From Carcharhinus longimanus (lineage: Eukaryota): a DNA stretch of 64,000 nt. Shown here in pieces: positions 61,790-64,000 of the stretch. The position numbers and the translations under genes are program-made. The stretch covers positions 11,602,873-11,666,872 of the forward strand of contig JASCQW010000128.1 of the NCBI GenBank assembly GCA_030264375.1, in the 5' to 3' direction. The stretch's first letter is position 1, and every line of letters starts with the position of its first letter. The notes under the pieces were generated by a model that worked only from the letters and a program-made list of their open reading frames with translations, had not been told where the DNA came from and searched no databases.

Positions 61790-63990
61790 ATGACTTAATT
61801 GTTTTTTTATTCTTCCTGCCAAAATAGACAATTTCACATTTTCCCACATTACACTTCCATTTGTCAGATCTTTTCATAAGAACATAAGAAATAGGAACAG
61901 GAGTAGGCCATCTAGCCCTTTGAGCCTGCCCCNNNNNNNNNNNNNNNNNNNNNNNNNNNNNNNNNNNNNNNNNNNNNNNNNNNNNNNNNNNNNNNNNNNN
62001 NNNNNNNNNNNNNNNNATCCTTATGGCACACCACTTGTTTCAATTTGCCAGTCAGAAAAAAGATTTGTTAATGCCTAATCATTATTTCCTGATGGCAACT
62101 AAACTTCTATCCATGCCAATAATGTTGCCCCATACACCACAAGCTTTTATTTTCTACAATAATCTTTGAAGCAGTGTTTGTCAAATGACTTCTGGAAATC
62201 TAAATACAGTACATCCACTGGTTCCTCTTTATCCACAGCACACGTTCCTTCCTCAAAGAACACCAATTAATTGGTTAAACAAGACTTCTCTCCCTCAAAA
62301 CCATGCTAACGCTGCCTGATCACCTTGGAATTTTTCTGCGCCCTACTATACCATCTTTAGTAACAACTTCTGATCTTTTTCCTGTGACAAATGTTAAGGT
62401 AACTGACATACAGTTTCCTGCATTCTATCTCCCTCCCTTCTTGAATAAAGAGTTACATTTGCTATTTCCCAATCTAATGAATCTTTCCCAAATCGAAACA
62501 ATTTTGGAAAATGAAAAAGTAACCATCTCACGTTTTTTAATACCAGAGGATGAAGTCCATCAGCATCCAGAGACTTCTCAGCTCGCAACTCCAACAACTT
62601 AACTCAGAATTCCTTAACTGATGATTGCAATTTTCTTGCGTTTCTCCTTCCTTTCCACCTCTTAACCCACAGCCCTTTCTGGGGTGTTACTTATATAGTG
62701 AAGACTGATGCAAAATACCTGGTCAATTTGTCTGCTATCTCCTTATTTTCCATTATTACTTCTCCAGGCTCACTTTCTATCAGAACAACATTCATTCCTT
62801 AACTCTTTTTAAAAAAATCTGTAGAAACTCTTACTATCTGTCTGTGTATTTCTGGCTAGCTTTCTGTTGTATTCTAATTTTTCCCTTCTTATTGTTGCAG
62901 TTATTCTTTGCTACTGCATCTCTATTGAACTATTGCTTAACCTAATTTGCCAGTTCACTTCAGCTTTCATACACTCATAACTGCCCTTATTTAAATTTAA
63001 AATACCACCCTTCTATCCCTCAAACCAGATGTTAATGCCAATCATATTATGATTGGTACTACCAAAAAGCACCTTTGCCATTAGGTCATTAATTAATCTT
63101 ATCTCATTGCACAATAGCAGGCAAGTATAACCTGCTCTCTGATTGGTGCCAAGATGCGCTATTCTAAGGAATTATCCCAAAAACATTCAATTAATTCCTT
63201 ATCTAAACTACTTTTGTCCATCTGAAGTTCCAGTCTATATGTAGATTAAAATCGCCCATGATCATCACTCTACCTTGCTGACAAGCTCCTTTATTTCTTC
63301 CTTTATACCCTGTCCTACCAAGAGGTTGCTGTTAGATGCCCCAGAAGTGACTTCTTGGCTTTATAATTGCTCATTTCCACTCAAATCGCTTCTACCTCCA
63401 GAGAGTATGACCTCCGAGATTCTGCTTTTTAATATTGTGCCTCACTCCTTATAATCTTTATGTAGCACCTCCACCCTTGTCTTACCCATGTCACTGGTAC
63501 TTACATGGACCATGACCACTGGACCCTTCTTAAGCAGATAACTGGAATCTTGGCACCAGGCAGGCAAGGAACACAACCATTTGGGCTCATGCTTTTGACT
63601 GCAGAGAACAATAACTATCCCCTGGACAATGCTGTCTCCTGTCACTAAATTTCTTTTTGCTCCCACGACTTGAATGACATCATTCACCTCGTGGCATGGT
63701 CAGTCCGCTCATTCATCTTGCAGTGCATTTCCTCATCCACAGAGGTTGAAAGTACCTTTGGACAAAGTGAGGGGCCGAAGTTTGTCCTTCACTACATGCT
63801 GGTTCCCCCTGCCTGCCTGGTGCGCAGACACATCCACCTGTTGTTGATCTGTGCTAAGTTCTGATTAACAGGGGCGGGCGGGGGGGGAATGTTTTGAACC
63901 ACCTCCCAGAACAAAGTGACAAGATAACTCTTCCCTTGCCTGATACGCTGCAATGTCCACATTTCAGACTCCAGCTCAGCACCTCAGAGC
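61790..63990 (-). mobile_element. Old, deleted CR1 LINE (ORF1 esterase, endonuclease, RT) with a young CR1 tail inserted at 61875-61932
   Basis: LVTGDSIVQG (GDS esterase motif); MIMGDFNL at about 63240-63265; KSLDADGLHPLVLK...DWEIANVT. Confidence 0.8.
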
Positions 63991-64000
63991 TGAAGTTGTT

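Overview
Vertebrate genomic DNA, almost certainly an elasmobranch (shark), inferred from HE1-like V-SINEs and CR1 LINEs with shark-type 3' tails. It is a short-read scaffold with many ~100-N gaps. The only host coding sequence I can support is a single 134-bp exon on the minus strand (40174-40307) of Sidekick, best matching SDK1 (end of an Ig domain); the rest appears to be the two very large flanking introns. These are filled with decayed mobile DNA: CR1 and CR1/L2-group LINEs, Rex1/Babar, RTE, Ty3/Gypsy, Harbinger, Penelope-like elements (PLEs), two tRNA-SINE families and a ~2 kb TG/GA/CG microsatellite block. Nearly all ORFs in the track are TE fragments or spurious. I see no prokaryotic-style system (no CRISPR array, no operon). 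The most notable signal is a family of short PLE-derived repeats carrying a minimal type I hammerhead ribozyme motif, repeatedly arranged as inverted hairpins with a one-sided tail. TE boundaries were read by eye and are approximate; family names come from recalled motifs, not database searches.
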